A stretch of 64,000 nt of DNA, taken from Antedon mediterranea. Lineage: Eukaryota; Animalia; Echinodermata. Below, one piece after another: positions 1-15,200 of the stretch. The stretch spans positions 25,860,437 through 25,924,436 of the forward strand of contig NC_092672.1 of NCBI RefSeq assembly GCF_964355755.1, read 5' to 3'. Numbering within the stretch: position 1 is the stretch's first letter; the number at the start of each line of letters is the position of its first letter. A program made the position numbers and the translations under genes. Below the pieces are notes generated by a model. That model was not told the DNA's origin and did no database searches. It saw only the letters and a program-made list of their open reading frames with translations.

Positions 1-2365
1 ATTCATGGGATAGATTTTCTATAAAGTACTGAATTTGAGTACGATTTAAATACTTAGAAGTCTCAAAGCCTAAATCATATAATGTTGGATTTTGTAAATG
101 TTCCCGCATTTTGAAACTCTTGTATTCATTCATATAGTGCTGAGGTCTGTGTAAAAACCTCGCAAAGGGATTTGAATTTTTTGACATATTAAGATATTTA
201 TATATTTTAAAATAACCAAACATTGATTCTGCTTGCGTTGCCGGATCGCGTAAAATGGTGATGTACTTTGTATCTGGTTTCATCACGGTATCCATTTCTT
301 TCCGATTGTATCGAACGTGGTTCACCAGCATATCGTACTTCTGATTAGGTTCAGCAAAACTCCTGTTAAATAATTCAATAATGCTGAACATATGACCATG
401 TCTTGGAATAACAAAACTTAAATTGTGCGAAAATCCAAACCTTTGAAAAATAGATGCCACTGTAGAACTTCCGGTTTTGTGAGTCTTCAAGAAAACAATT
501 TGCGTGGATGTCTTACATTTTTTGATAGTGTCTCCACCTTCAATAGGATCCCTCAATAAATGTTTCATAACCTGTTTGGAATTATTATTGCTATCCAGAC
601 GTTTTCGGACATTCTTCTGCTGAATATTACTGGAAATGACGTAATTAGTTTTTATTCCGTGACTTCTGCTGAAAATACAAATTGATCTTATACAGATTAA
701 TAGAATCATTAAATATTTACAACCGTATTTATTCGTCGGGCGTTTATTGTGTGAGAGGTTTTTAGAAGGGGAGAGGGGTGAGGTTACACACAATTGTGTG
801 GAGCGGCATTTATTAAGGACAAAAGAATAAATACGGACATTGACTAGTTAAATTTACTTGCACAATCCAACCTGCATGAGCGTTGGTGCAAATTGGTATT
901 TTAGGTTGTTTTCGTGGAAGATGCTATTATTAATTTCCTGGTAAAATATTTGTTTGTTTTGTATGTTTTGTATAATTATGGATGTATTATCCGATTTAAA
1001 GGAAGTTATTGAATTAATGAATAATTAGTTCACACAAATAGTCTACGCTACAGTTTTACAATTATAGGTAAGCCTTTTCAATCGAACATTCTTGACCACT
1101 GACGGATTGCTTTTATTTAAATAGAAATTTGAAAACGCATGCGCACAACTAACACTTTGATTCGCGCGAATACAACATTCGCCTTGTAAATGAAAGACTT
1201 GAAATGAAATAGTATTGGATTTAGTCATAAACATTCATTAATTAAAATCTTGCAAAATATAGAAGTATATAACCTAAAGATTGATTGAAACACCCATTCT
1301 ATACAGGTCACTCACATTCAAAATTCAAACACTAAACTAATGATATTCATAATACTTTTGTCACTGATAGACCCATTGCAGCTCCAACTGATAACAACAT
1401 AGCAATAATTATAATGTCAATGTCGGGTTATGATGGATACGTCATTGTTGATACTGACAGGAAATACTATTAATACGCTTTAAATTAGAGGATGAAGTAA
1501 ATGTCGCCGTGATTAGGAAGCCTGGTCGGGCATAGTTTGCGTTAGTCATAGTAGGTCTACATCGCGCAATCTTAATTTAAAGAGAGATTATTATAATATG
1601 CGCCAAGTTTATGTATTTATTTACACACACAATTTATTTTTTTTTAGTTTTTCATTGAATTGCAATTGTGTTGTTGTCATCGTGGTATATTTAATTTAGA
1701 TTATAGTATGATAACATAATTGCCTATCTTAAAATGTGCCCCACACACAGTATTTTTAACTTTTTATCTTGTATTTTTAATCTTTTATAATACTGCACGT
1801 TTTAAATTGTTGCAATATTGTTGTTTTAATATACCAAGCCAAGTGAATTTCCATTTTTATGGACAAATAAAATTTCTTGAATCTTGAATCTTGAATCACA
1901 TGAAACATCAACTAAAACTAGGTTAATCAATAGCCGTTAGCCTCCCAGTGTATTAATCGCATGCTTTTTTAACATATTCAATTCTATAGGTCTTTCTGAA
2001 TCCTACGAATAGAATAGAATAGACTGAGCAATAAAGTTGGAGTTGTTGTGTTGTGTGATAGAAAGAATCAGGCATTAAGCCTAATTACACTTTCGACGTA
2101 TGTCGAGACGGTGACAACAGTAATACTGTACAAACATATAAAAAAGTAGGCCTACCTATTGTAAAATAATCAATAATAATATAAAAATTCTAATGACTTG
2201 TTTTGAATAGTATTATAGAAATTAGTTGGTTACTTACTTTTGTAGATAGTTTGTAATCTGATGTGTGTTTTTACCACTTGGAAATTCGCTGTAATATACA
2301 ATTATTTCAAATAGCAAAACCACTAAGATGCACGGTATAACTTTCCACAAACGCACTTTTGACAT
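1..2365 (-). CDS. Galactose-3-O-sulfotransferase family protein (Gal3ST/cerebroside-sulfotransferase-like), 5' part; continues beyond the left edge
   Basis: Exon 1 is 2365-2238 (ATG; MSKVRLWKVIPCILVVLLFEIIVYYSEFP..., a type II signal anchor; GTAAGT donor, phase 2). Exon 2 is 668-1 (ttttcag acceptor, same phase, open to the window edge) and encodes IVFLKTHKTGSSTVASIFQRFG (5'-PAPS-binding motif), HVRYN and YITILRDPATQAESMFGYF (3'-PB motif), all typical of Gal3ST. Confidence 0.92.
1841..1897 (+). repeat. Probable 3' tail of a non-LTR retroelement
   Basis: AATAAA followed by short tandem (TCTTGAA)n, an end structure typical of L2/CR1-group elements. Confidence 0.35.
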
Positions 2366-3122
2366 ATCGCCTTACCGCTATTATATCGTTAGTTTTTTTA
2401 TTACAAAAGCTACTTTTAAATCAGAAGGACTACTTTTTTTTGTACCGGTAATCTATTAATTTGATTTCCTTAAAATGACTTGCGCCCTCGATATAACTTT
2501 TAAACCGGATAAATCATTATAATATAGAGGGCTCACATTCACATAGTATTGTAATCTTCTAGAGTAGCCTATCCTATAGACTTATCTTTACTCTTTAATT
2601 ATGAATCCATCTACATATACTAAAATTGACTTTTTTCTTAGACCTCACAGTACAACTAGTGTATAAAAGAGCTGTCTGAATCTGTTTTCTTTTTTGTTTA
2701 GGAGGATCGTGAAAAGAAACTGGTACTGGTACTGGTACTGGTTCAAATAACCGTCTCACAGAGACATCTGGTAGCCGTTGACTTAAGGTTGGCATTTGTA
2801 TGTGTTACTTTTAAATGTACAGTATGAGAGTGACTATTACCAAATTGCACAGTCACAAAACAATTTATAAAACAGTTCATATACAGTTAAAACATTGCTG
2901 GGAATTGTAAATTTGTGTTGAAGCAGGCTCCAATGAAGTTGCATCTGTAGTAAGTTGACTTTGTTGTAAAACTATCAAGTACTGATGGTATCTTCCGACC
3001 TCTTCGTTTACTTTGTGTTGTGTGAAAAGTAAGAATTTTTGTAGGATCTTCATTTTCTTTTCTAATTACATGTCCGATCCAGTTGATTTAATGACAGTTA
3101 ATTTAAATGCATTGTTACTTTA

Positions 3123-3301
3123 AGCGTGGTTCCCACTAGCGACGCAACGCAAGGACGTAACGCAACGCAAGTGAGTTGACCAATCACAAGCGATTGCTTA
3201 TTCGCTTGTGATTGCTAACTGTCTATAACTTCGCTTGTCATTGGTTAAAACGCTTGCGTTGCGTTTACGTCCTTGCGTTACGTTCTAGTGGGAACCAAGC
3301 T
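3123..3301. mobile_element. PIF/Harbinger (Tourist-like) MITE, family 1 copy a
   Basis: TIR agcgtggttcccactag / ctagtgggaaccaagct, internally palindromic, TTA target duplication on both sides (3120-3122, 3302-3304). Related copies at 24292 and 40190. Confidence 0.8.
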
Positions 3302-3884
3302 TTATTTACAACAACGATGGCTTTTACATATTTTACGTATGCCGATCCCCTGTACCATGCGACGTCATATTTTACAACGTATCTTATACGTTACGTAATC
3401 ATTCTCGATAATTAATCATGCATATCGATGAGTAACTTGCGCCATCATATTATCTCTCGTTGACATTCAATATGTATGAACATTGTTATCGTGAGGTAGC
3501 TGATATAACTCACTGCCATTTTGTATGTTAAATATATTAACATATACAACACAGTAGAACCCATCCTAAGGTACCTTTATTCAATGGAATTTCATTTAAT
3601 TTAATGTTATTTGTTCATGGTCAAACGCAGTAATAGTACATGGTTTGAAATTATTTTAGTTTGTTCATAAAAATACAAAAATGAATTAAACTAAACATTA
3701 AACCACATTTAAATTGTTTCCTTAATTAGAATTCTCGCGGGAAAAACAAAATCAAATATTCTAATAAACAATAATTTATCAAAAATTAAAAATAATTGGC
3801 TTAAAGAAATTGAGATTAAAAATGTAGCAGCCAAGGTTTCACCAATTCAAACCAGGATAATCATAATTATTATTAGAGGATCAT

Positions 3885-4318
3885 CAGGGCTAAACATTAC
3901 GACAGAGCAGCAGGGCTAAACATTACGACACTGAGCAGTAGGGCTAAACATTACGACAGAGCAGTAGGGCTAAACATTACGACAGAGAAGCAGGGCTAAA
4001 CATTACGACAGAGCAGTAGGGCTAAACATTACGACAGAGAAGCAGGCCTAAACATTACGAGAGAGAAGCAGGGCTAAACATTACGACAGAGTAGCAGGGT
4101 TAAACATTACGACAGAGCAGTAGGGCTAAACATTACGACAGAGCAGCAGGGCTAAACATTACGACAGAGCAGCAGGGCTAAACATTACGACAGAGCAGCA
4201 GGGCTAAACATTACGACAGAGCAGCAGGGCTAAACATTACGACAGAGCAGCAGGGCTAAACATTACGACAGAGCAGCAGGCCTAAACATTACGACAGAGC
4301 AGTAGGGCTAAACATTAC
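3885..4318. repeat. 26-bp minisatellite, about 16-17 copies
   Basis: Tandem unit cagggctaaacattacgacagagcag with minor variants. Confidence 0.95.
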
Positions 4319-4538
4319 TTGAATGCTGACAAATGTGCGCAAATGTGTGCCATAAAACAAATGTGTAATACATACAGTGAAGGTTTCCTCTATGTGAAAA
4401 AATGTGGTATTTTATTAGCTGGTAGACAAATGCTACTGGTATAAAATACTCAAAGAACTATTGAAATGAAGAATTAAAATGAATTTGTACATTCAATAAT
4501 AAATACTACATGTATATCAAAGTAATAGCATTAAAATG

Positions 4539-4701
4539 CACTGTAACACATATTTTAACAAATGTTTAAGTTTCCGAACATTTAAAGTTAAATTTAACGG
4601 CACTGATAACACACCAAGTGTTAATAATATGCTATTTTAACACCTACCGTTGATAATTAAACATCACAACGTGTTAAAATACAACGCCAGTTTTTACAGT
4701 G
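4539..4701. mobile_element. Small non-autonomous DNA transposon (CACTG...CAGTG ends)
   Basis: Terminal cactgtaa / ttacagtg with internal ttaacac/gtgttaa subterminal repeats. Confidence 0.4.
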
Positions 4702-6278
4702 AACGGTTCATAAAACGTGCTACTGTGTATTTTTGCTTCAAGTAGTCTGCTTATCATAATGTTATCAAAGTATTCATTTACAAGTTAAACGCCACCAATT
4801 TAAGCTCAAGTATAGGTACGGCACGCCATATGTGCCAACATGTTTTTACGAAGCAAACTCAAGTTTCGTACGTTTGAAGTACAATGGATTACGGTAACAT
4901 AGTTTACGTCACAGGTTGGTTTCGTTCTACCGCGTTTACCCGCACAGATTTGGGCATATTTATGCTAGACAGACCTAGAATACTACGCCGTAAAAAATGC
5001 AAAATATTATTTTGTTCGGCTGAATTTTTTTCGAATTAAATATGTATGGCATTGTCTATAAGATATTTCTTAATTTTTATTTTAAAAAAGTCGATATTTG
5101 CGGTTACAATTTAGTTGGTTAAGGCAAAGTGATCGAATCCTTACTTAACTATTTTAATCTAGTGAGATTACATTATCCTTTTGAAGTTGTAGGCCTATTA
5201 TGTATTGTGAGCTGCTATTTCTGCCCTACTTACAGAAAGGTCTTAACTATTGAGATTTTTGTCTTATTTGACTCTATCAGTTGAATTGAACATTTTATCC
5301 TAAAATATGCCTATAAATATGACATTTATAATACTAATTGGGCTTACCTGCAAACACCCCAAAAAATAATCTGACAAAAGGCCTCAACTAACAATTATTA
5401 CAGCAATTGTTCGCTTCACTTCCCAATAGCAAAGCCATTAATAGACATTGACTAATCAGATATCAGCAGTATGATGAATAATGAGCAAGAGAAAAGCTTC
5501 TTTTATATATTTTGTACATTTTAAAAAACTTTTCTAATCTAAATTATTAATTTATGATTTATTTCAACTAAAGTTACTAAATGTTTTGGCAAATTTTGAT
5601 AAAAAAAAATCAAAAAAAATAACTGCAAAAGTGCCCTGTTTTTGTCCCCGCCATTTTTAAGTACAAATTCATCGGAAAAGGGCATTATCTGCAATTTTAC
5701 ACACCACCCACCTAATAAAAACAAAAATAATAATTTAAAACCATATCAGATATTTTTTATTATTGTACTTTAAATAATAAAATACTACATGACATTTTGT
5801 AATGAACAACAAAATCACGTTTTGATCAATTAGTCAAAAGTAGCTTTTTGTAGAATTAAGCCCCCTTCTCAATGTAGGGCAGTAATATTTAAAACTTTAT
5901 CACATGACATGATCTAACAAACTTGTTGTACATGTTCTCTACTGTCAATAAATCGAAAAATGAACGCTTCCAATAAACACATTGGCGGTAACACTACTCC
6001 ATGCTTCATACTTGTGGTGGTAAACTATCAATCATTACGTTATACTGAAAGTTATATTCATTCAACACCCCTACTGAATAATGAACTCTTCTGATAACAC
6101 TATTATTATTGCGTATACTTTTGTGAAACTTTCATTCAAGGGGTGTGACTAGTGCGTCGAAGAGGCCAAGTTCAAACACTTCTTTCCTTTAGTTGAGTTG
6201 TAGGCCAGGTTCAGTAGTTAACTGCATTTCATATTATTGTTTTTGATTGAGTTATTTGTACCAATTTTGTTGTGAATC

Positions 6279-9200
6279 ATGCCGTCAAAGTTTATCAATA
6301 AGTTACGACCGAAGAAGAAGAAGGATAAAGATAAGCACAGAGGTAGTATGACGTCACTTGCTGAAACGTAAGTTCTTCATCATTTTTCTTTTAAATATTA
6401 ACGTACATTCCTTAGTTTCTTCTACGTCTCTATAGAAATAATACTTTCTATCCTATCTACATGACATACTGGGCCTACGTAATGGTGGAGTGAGTATGAC
6501 GGTGATGAAGATGACACGAGAAGTAGTGATGATGATAAGATAAATTGTAGACGATGAAAATAAAATTGATTATACATTTCTTCAACGGTTGATGCTCCTC
6601 AAACATGGACTCCATCCCGTTCAACTCTCTCCCCTAACCACCAACATAACTGTCCCTGTTCTTTATAATTCATTAAAATTACATTACGTAATCTTCTCTA
6701 ATTATTAGGCCTATTAGTATTTAGTATACCTTTGAATTCGTGTAGCTCTTAATCATGCAATGTTAAACTTTTTCTCTCAGCAAATTATTTTTGTATGCTT
6801 CTGAGTTTTACAAATCAGCACAATTTCAACATGCATTCAACAGTGTAACGTATTCGTATAGGCATTAGACTCAGTTATTTATTATAGTTATTATAATAGA
6901 CCTGTGAGTCCCAGTGTAAACGGAACTAGCTAGATGATGGGTGGGTAGCGATAGTCCGCAGTAGATTTATATAATAGACGGTAGTTTATACACAGATTTT
7001 TTAAACGAATTTGACGTATCGGTTGCGTCGAGTTTCCTATCTTTTCTCATCTGCAACATTTTGATAAAGTTACGTTACATATGACGTCATGTCCAATAGC
7101 GCAATTCGCGCCCTTGAAACAACTTATGACAAGTACCGAATATTGCGATGGATTCCATAATATGAAGGCCGTGAAATAAAAAAGTTAATAACAAAATACC
7201 TCAATTTTGACAATTATTATACCACAAAATGTAAAGAATTTAATATGTTTGCCACCTACGTGTTTGTATATTGTTGTTGTTAATCTGTGTTTTGGTTCCA
7301 TGACCTTAATAGTTGAATTAGGGACAATTCAAGCGTGTTCGTGTAATCTATCATATTATAATATATAGTAAAAGTTAACTTTCGTTACGGTTCAATCTGA
7401 CGTTATTTAATATGTGGCGTGCAAAACTATAATCTACTTGTAGGTACACGTGTAGTGAGGAGTGAGTCTGATGTCGATGACATGAGTAAGCCTACAACAA
7501 AACCATGTAATTAAAACAATTTCAAATTGCATGCTACTTGAATTAATTAGATTGATTTTGTATGTAACTTACTACAGTAGTCGTATTTTTGTACGGTAAT
7601 TATTTTAACATTTCATTTTTGTTAGACTTTAATTAAAATTTGCTTCGTTACCTTCGTTAGAAAAGTCACTTAAAAGACACTTAAACGTGCGTTTCTGTTA
7701 AAATTAAACCAATACATTTATATCGATACTTTAGTACTTTACCATATTCACTCTAATATCAGACTTTTCTCTACCCACGGATACCAACATCTTCCTGGTT
7801 ATTGCTCGGCTCTCCCTTGAGTTCGTTGTTCCGTCATAGACGCATTGGATAATTTTTTTTGATAGGTTCGATTTCGATTCCTATTTATAGAATTGTATTA
7901 ATTAGCCAGGTTTCAAGTTTGTTTATATTTCACCATAATCTTTTGCCAGCACTTACTATTAATGATTCTACAGTAGTGACAGTATGCGGCTGCGAACTGC
8001 GGTGTTTATTCGCGAAAAGTACGACCGCTTACGCTAATTGGTCCTTTTGTATAGCGAAAGTTATTTGAGACGTTCCACAGCTAAAATATTCTTATTTGTA
8101 TATATAGTAAAGCTCTGTCTACACTATCAAACTTTATATGACAAAACATGTGATGTGCCCATTGACATGATGATGCCATGGGCATTTTAGGCACATCAAA
8201 CTTAATTTTGCTAAAACATGTTTGATAGTGTAGACAGGGCTTTGGAATCTTACGAGAGATTTTCAATGTTTTTTTCTTATTTCATTATTTCATTTATACT
8301 AACGATATTAACCTTCTAAAAATTATGCTAATAATTAATATATTGACAACGTTTGTTCGACCGGGTAGTTTATTGAACCTTCACTTGACTATGGTATATC
8401 AATTTGTATGATTATTAGGATTATTTTATTCTAATTATCCTAAGGTTGTTAAATTTAAAGCTTCAATAAGATGTGTAACAAACCAAAATGTAAAACTAAA
8501 AAGACGGAATATCGTTACAGTATTACGTTTCCTAAAAATAAATACATAGTGTTTTTAAACTTGTTAGATACCGTTTTATAAGGTATCGTGTGATTAAGTT
8601 TATTGCAATTTCCTTGTAAAAACTCATGCGAACTCGTATGCATTACGACTGAATATGGCGAATTGCCAGCACAACAGTTTCCGCTATCGTTTGTCAAACT
8701 TGTTATCATAATCTATGGATGTCATGAAAACGTCCGACTTGATATAAGTTCTACAAATGGGTCATATTTTTAATTAAATTAATTCTCTATCATTTCTAAC
8801 AGCAGTATTATTCGCTTACTCATGTGCTAATTACGCCGTCAGACTATTATACGCAAATGTTACAGTTGGCGGGCGTTAGTAGATTTTTTGGATAATATGG
8901 TTATATACAGATGGTCGGATCAGTGATTATGATTTGATTTGTCAAGTTACATACGTTGCTTGTCGATTTCTTGCTTTATAACTTACATTCAATTTTCGTA
9001 GAGTAGGCTATGTCTGAAAATATGGGACGAAGTGTGCTGCCTTAACTTGATCTATAATTTTTATTATATTATATAATAATTTAAAATAATGAATTATTGT
9101 AAACCAAAATATATGCATACATTAATAAATGAATAAAGAAATACCCATAAAAGAAAAAAAAAGGTATAAGACCAATATTATTGGCAGGAGACACGATACT

Positions 9201-12200
9201 GCGGACTTGTTTATCGCCATCTATATGATGAGAAAACGCACTACGTGTATCAAGTATGCTTTGCGTCCTAGCTTTATACGAATCTAATAAAAACAACTTT
9301 ATGTGCAGCACATAGGCTCATAGTTTAAAAATAACTTACAGCAATGAGATTGAGAACATTATGAAATAGGCCCTTAAGTTTTAATAGTAGATAAAAATCA
9401 ACCAAAACGGAAGAAGAACACGGTGTCGTCTGCAACAGACCTTAATCTAATGCCACTTGTCACCAGGATATCCGGCATATAGGTCTACATCAGCCAACCT
9501 TTATTGTGATTTGTTAAACTTCCTGTAAAATGTCCAAAACCCTAAAAATATTCACCTACTGTAGTGGAATTTATGTTTCCTGTGTATTTTCCAAATTTCC
9601 TACCACGATTCTAACCATAATATTCCTTTTTTTTTCTAAAAGACAAAAACAAGTTCAATTCTGTTTTCATGCTGTTTAGACTAGAGTAGAAATTTCCAAA
9701 AACAAATCTGACTTTTGTATGCACACGTTGGTATAATAGATGAATGTCACCCGCCTCCCTCCCGACACTTATCAACCCACAATATAAAATGTAGAACTTC
9801 TCATAAATGAATGAAACAAGAAATACACAAAAAGTAGCCGTCTTATTAAAATTTAATAACGACGTGACGTGTACAAACTGTATGTAGCCTAATTGTGGTT
9901 TTCATTTTAACCCCACACACCTGAGTAGGGTGCCGTTATACTGCTACTTATCCATACTAAGTTATAAATATTCTCACAAAATATTGAATGAAACCCTCCC
10001 TTAAAACCATTAACAAGTCTGAAACGATTATTGTAAGATTCACCATTTTCTCTGTCTTTCGTATCAATTTCGACGACAAAAAGAAGGCAATAACGTACGC
10101 AAACAGTGTATACGCGCGAAGAACGCACTTTTTAATTCTAATATTCATCATACCTCGAAAATAAAACTACAGTATTGATAATAAATAAATATACTTATGT
10201 ACCAATTGGGAAACTCACAAGTAAAATAAACAAAAGTAAATAAATTCACAACATAATTTTCATTTATTATAAGCTACTTTTATAGCTACTAATACATATT
10301 TTGAAAATAAAAGGGGTCACCTTCCGATTTCTAAAAATAAGGTTTATGCCCCTATATGGTTGTTTTTTCTTTAGTCCTATATGGTTTGAAACAAATAGCC
10401 TGTCACTTTATATTAACATGGATACATTATTTAATAATTCATCTAATCATCTGATCTAATAAGGTAGATGAGTTTTGAAATAGAACTTCGTCATTACTTA
10501 ATAATTGGTAATAATCATAACAATCAAAATAACATTAATTTATAAATAATTATTACAATATCACCAAAGCCGTCTTTCGACGACTGGTTTATGCAAGGTC
10601 TATTAGATTAAAAAAGAAATGAATTCGGAAATTACACTGTTGACTGATGGCTACTGTTTAGTATAAAATCTGTGATTGAAATGTATTTGTTACAATCGTG
10701 TTTAGAGTTTAACCATGTATTTTTACTCGTAAACAGTAATATAACTACAGTCTAGTACTTTCCTAAGAATGAACTTTAGAATACTAAGTTCTTAGTAGAC
10801 AACGTTTGTTCCTGTGTAAGTTGTTCAAAATGTCGTCAAAAGTAATAAAAACGATTTGTTGTACACAATTAGAAAAAACATTATTAATAAAATAACGTAT
10901 AATTTTGTAATAGGGTCCTGACCGCTCTAGAGGTACTTTGTGGCTGCCGCTATTTGACATTGATGATGAGTGCACGGAAGCTCTTTGACGTCTGTTAAAT
11001 CTACTTCAATTAGTGAATTGTGACACAGAAAAGTATAAAAAAAAAGATTTTATTACATATGTATTTTAAGATTGTGACGAATTAATCATCTTAAAGTCAC
11101 ATGACCTGTATTGTACGGAGCAATGCCCTTTTATTGGAATAACCCGATGAGTGTTTCATAAATAATAAATCATAAACATTTTTAAGAAAAGAGAAAATTC
11201 TTGGAGAACAAATTAAGACCTTATTACAAAATTCGTAACATAATGTTTGTTGACACACTATAGTTATATGCGCACTGTGAACGCCGCATGTTTCTGGACG
11301 GTAACCTGTTGATATCGAGAGGCCTTACCTTTTAGTATCTTATCTAAATTGTAAGGTCTTTTCCAAATTCCTTGATCAAACCTCCTGATCAACTACTATT
11401 TGTTGAACGTTTAAACATTGGGATATTTATTACCACTTTCTGCTCCGGTATTTTTCCTCTAAGGCCAGTTTAGCGTGGGAAAATTAGGTCATGTTATAAA
11501 GTATTTAATGTAGAGTTCTGGGCATACTTCAGCAGGGGTATGATACAGAGGCGTGTTGTCTTTCAGATGATTTAAAGTGCAACGAATGAGCGCTTTAATT
11601 CATGGGTCATATTTCTGCATGACATGACCTTCAGATACTGTATTAATATGATGAGGCATATTGCATTAAATAGTATAACAGGGGCTTTATTATTTTACTG
11701 TCGTACCTGTCATTTTAACTGATTGAAGTCATATTAATGTTATCATAGTCTTATCTTTTAAGTAAAAATGTTAAATTCTGTAAAATGTAAACTATTTCAA
11801 TGAATTAAACGCCTGTTTGGAAACTGTCAATGAATATTATGATATTATTTTTTAATAATTTATAGGTAAAAACTGTGTTTTAAACTATTTAAAGGTATTG
11901 CTAGGTATATACTATCTATTTCATTGATCTTTTTTTTGTTTATTTAATCCAAGGCAATGATAGCATTGCTTAAAACAAATTGTCTTCCAAATTTACCCTA
12001 TTTCCAATGCTTTTTTCAGCCATCTTCGTACGTAACCTATATAATTGTTGTCAATTTACATGACGATATTGTCGTCTTCTAAATAATCTTTGTAAATAAT
12101 TACAAAAATGAAGAAGAATGAATCATTCGAAACTTATTATAAGAACCAAACAATTTTGTATAAACTCACAATGTCGGTAAATATTTTATTCGTATAATAA

Positions 12201-15200
12201 TGTATTTAACTACCGTGGAGTAGCTTTGCATAGTTGAGTAATTGGTTAGATCTGTACTCTGGCATAAGTTTGTATTTATACACCTGTATATATGTAAGTA
12301 ATTCTCGAGCGGGACCTATAGATCAATAGCCTGACGTTTATACTGATTATTTTCTTTAAAAATTTTATGAACTTATGGGGGACACAGATTTAAAAAATGT
12401 GTTTGTTATTTCATTTCTTCCCCACGAACCCATCGCAAGTATACTGGGTCAATTTTCTAGCTCATATAATATGTGCGAAGGTTTATGACCCACATTCCGT
12501 CGTGCATCCGATATTTCCATTAAAACGTCGATCAATGGAATGTGCAATATTCTCCCGTGAATATTCGATTGGGGCCCATCCACAGGTGGCTTCTAGACCA
12601 TAAGGTCTAAATAATTAGGCTATAGTTTAGATAATATGTTAACATTAATTACTTGATTCCAGAAAATTAATAAAGTATTTCTCGTCCAATAAATAGATTG
12701 CCGATTGAAATAAAAGTACGATTTTTTATTAACGTCTTGATTAAGGTAAAGAATTCCTTAACATTAACAAATGTTAAACATTTTATTAATTATGTGTACT
12801 TTTCTGTATAATTATTATAGGCCTACCTTTATACCAATGCCATTTTAAAATAAAACAGATTAATGCATACAGAACATACTCCGACCCGATTTACAGTATC
12901 CTTACTAGAACTATATAATTTAAATATCGATATCTTTAGCTTTAAAAACAAAATTATTATTATTTTATTTCCAAAAATACAATCAATAGGCCACCAGATG
13001 TGGCAACAATACAAACAAGGTTCTCAAAACTTATTATTGTTCGAATAACAACATTTTTTTTTTATATCTATCGATACAGTAGCTATCAATTTATAGAACA
13101 CACTTTTTACACTCAAACATTGTGGTATAACTTTGCACTGTCGGATGTACTTCTGAAACTCTCGTGAAGTATCAATCGGGAGATAGATCGGAGTTTTGAC
13201 GACATACGAACTCGTTTTGTTTGTAAAATCCGATGTATTGGGACAAAAAATGATTTAGTTTGAACCCCAAATGGGCAATCATCAATCGTTGACTTTTGAG
13301 TTCGTAACTGTTAAAATGTCCTTCTACTGGAACCAAATTACCACGTGACATTGTACTGTTTATAATAATCACTTTTTTAATGGAATGTTTACTATAGAAA
13401 TGGAAACAAAAAATTCCAGTGTCGATAATCCAACAAATTGTGAAGATATAACAGTGTGTGTAAGTTCTATTGATTTATGATCCAGTTATGTAGGCGATGG
13501 GTGGGTGTAATATTATATTCCTTTATAATAAATTTCCTACGAGTGCTTTTTGACAGTGACTGACCTTGTAAACATATTCTGTTGAGGAATTTCAAGTATG
13601 ACGGGGATAGAGATTCAATATAATACGACGTATTAAACGATTATGAAAGTATTCAGCTAATTCAATTGTGTTTATAGTTTATCAATAGATAGTTACAATT
13701 TATTGCCTATTGCTTTACACGATAATTATTGCCTCAAAGCGATGTTTCTTTTGAAGTTTTAACTGAAGCTATGGCGGGCAAAGTGTGCCTTAAACGATTA
13801 TGAAATTATTCATCTAGTTAAAAATGTGTTTATAGTTTTATCAATAGATAGCGACAGTTTATTTTGCCTATCACTAAACCACAATAATTTCCTTCCATGT
13901 TTCACGTTTAAAAGTTTTAACGAAAGGTATGGCATGTAAAGCATATGCCTAAACAAGTAAAGAGGACGATACTACACCATCAACAATAAGTAAAGTATGT
14001 GTGTTCATTCATCATAACACACATTCAGGATGTGTAGATCATCAATAACGACCTCACACACTCACCATCGAGCAACATCCTCAAACAAAGAAACACTAGG
14101 CGAATTTGTTCGCGCGCGCAAATCCAACGTTTCTTCGCAGAAATAAATATCGCGCAACCCTTTTCCACAACAGCGATTAGCTGCGATTTCAATGTTCATC
14201 AAATCAAAATAAACATTTTTTTCTTGAAAAGCAGAAAAGATAGCCTTTAGATTCGCATTCATGAGTGCTCATGAACGCGTCATAGCTCATTTCCTGAGCT
14301 CTGATAGGTTGCGCAATTTTCCTCTTCGCAAAAAGTAAAAACAATTTAAAGCGAAAAATTCAAGGGCCTAGAATTCGTCGCAAAGAGAGGGATTTGGAAG
14401 GTTGAAAATGAATACGCATGCGTATAAGGCGACTCTTTCGATTCACACAAAAAAATTTGCCTACTGTAAACATTTTGGCACACATGGCGTTTACAGACGA
14501 GAATGAAAACGCTGACTGGGGGCGCTCGTAATACTAACAGCATCAAAAAAGAGACTTCGGGAAAGTATAGAGTTAGATTAGGACACAGTTTGTGTTTACC
14601 ATATCCGCCATGACGACCTTGCACACTTTAGAAGAGAAAACAATCAATCATAACTGTCTTCACCTCAGGTCAGGGTGTGTGTGTACCATCCATCACAATG
14701 ACCTCACCCTCCCAAGGTATAGATAAGCAATACCTTACCCCTGAGGTAATATATTCCCCGTTTAGTAGCAATTCATTAGTCATTAGTGTTAGCATAAGGG
14801 CAATGTATCGTCATCCATAACACCAACATAATGTACACTTATGCGGAAGGCAAAGACCTATCAATTTATATAAATATGTAGGCCTACTGCCTCATGAGGA
14901 TGTACAGTCATTCTAGGATGTGATTTACTTTACGGTTTCCGAAATAAATATATATATAATGATTGATTGACAATACACAAAACATTTAAAAAATACACAT
15001 TGATGTGATGTGAATGATCATTCACAAACTAAAAAGGATATAATTATTATTATAACTATTTGTAACTAAAATTATTGTTTCAGTTTTGGGTTATGCTGGC
15101 AGCATACATTATATCAAGTTTGAGGCTAGGTAGCTGCTGCCTTGAGATTTTCAAATTATGACTTTTCCCCCAACCCTCAATAATCATTGTTTCGTGCCGG

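Noticed and set aside
665-671. NAGNAG (CAGCAG) acceptor in the Gal3ST-like gene
   Set aside because: It would alter only about one residue in the stem region; common and of little consequence.
3885-4318. 26-bp repeats as a CRISPR array
   Set aside because: No spacers; a simple minisatellite.
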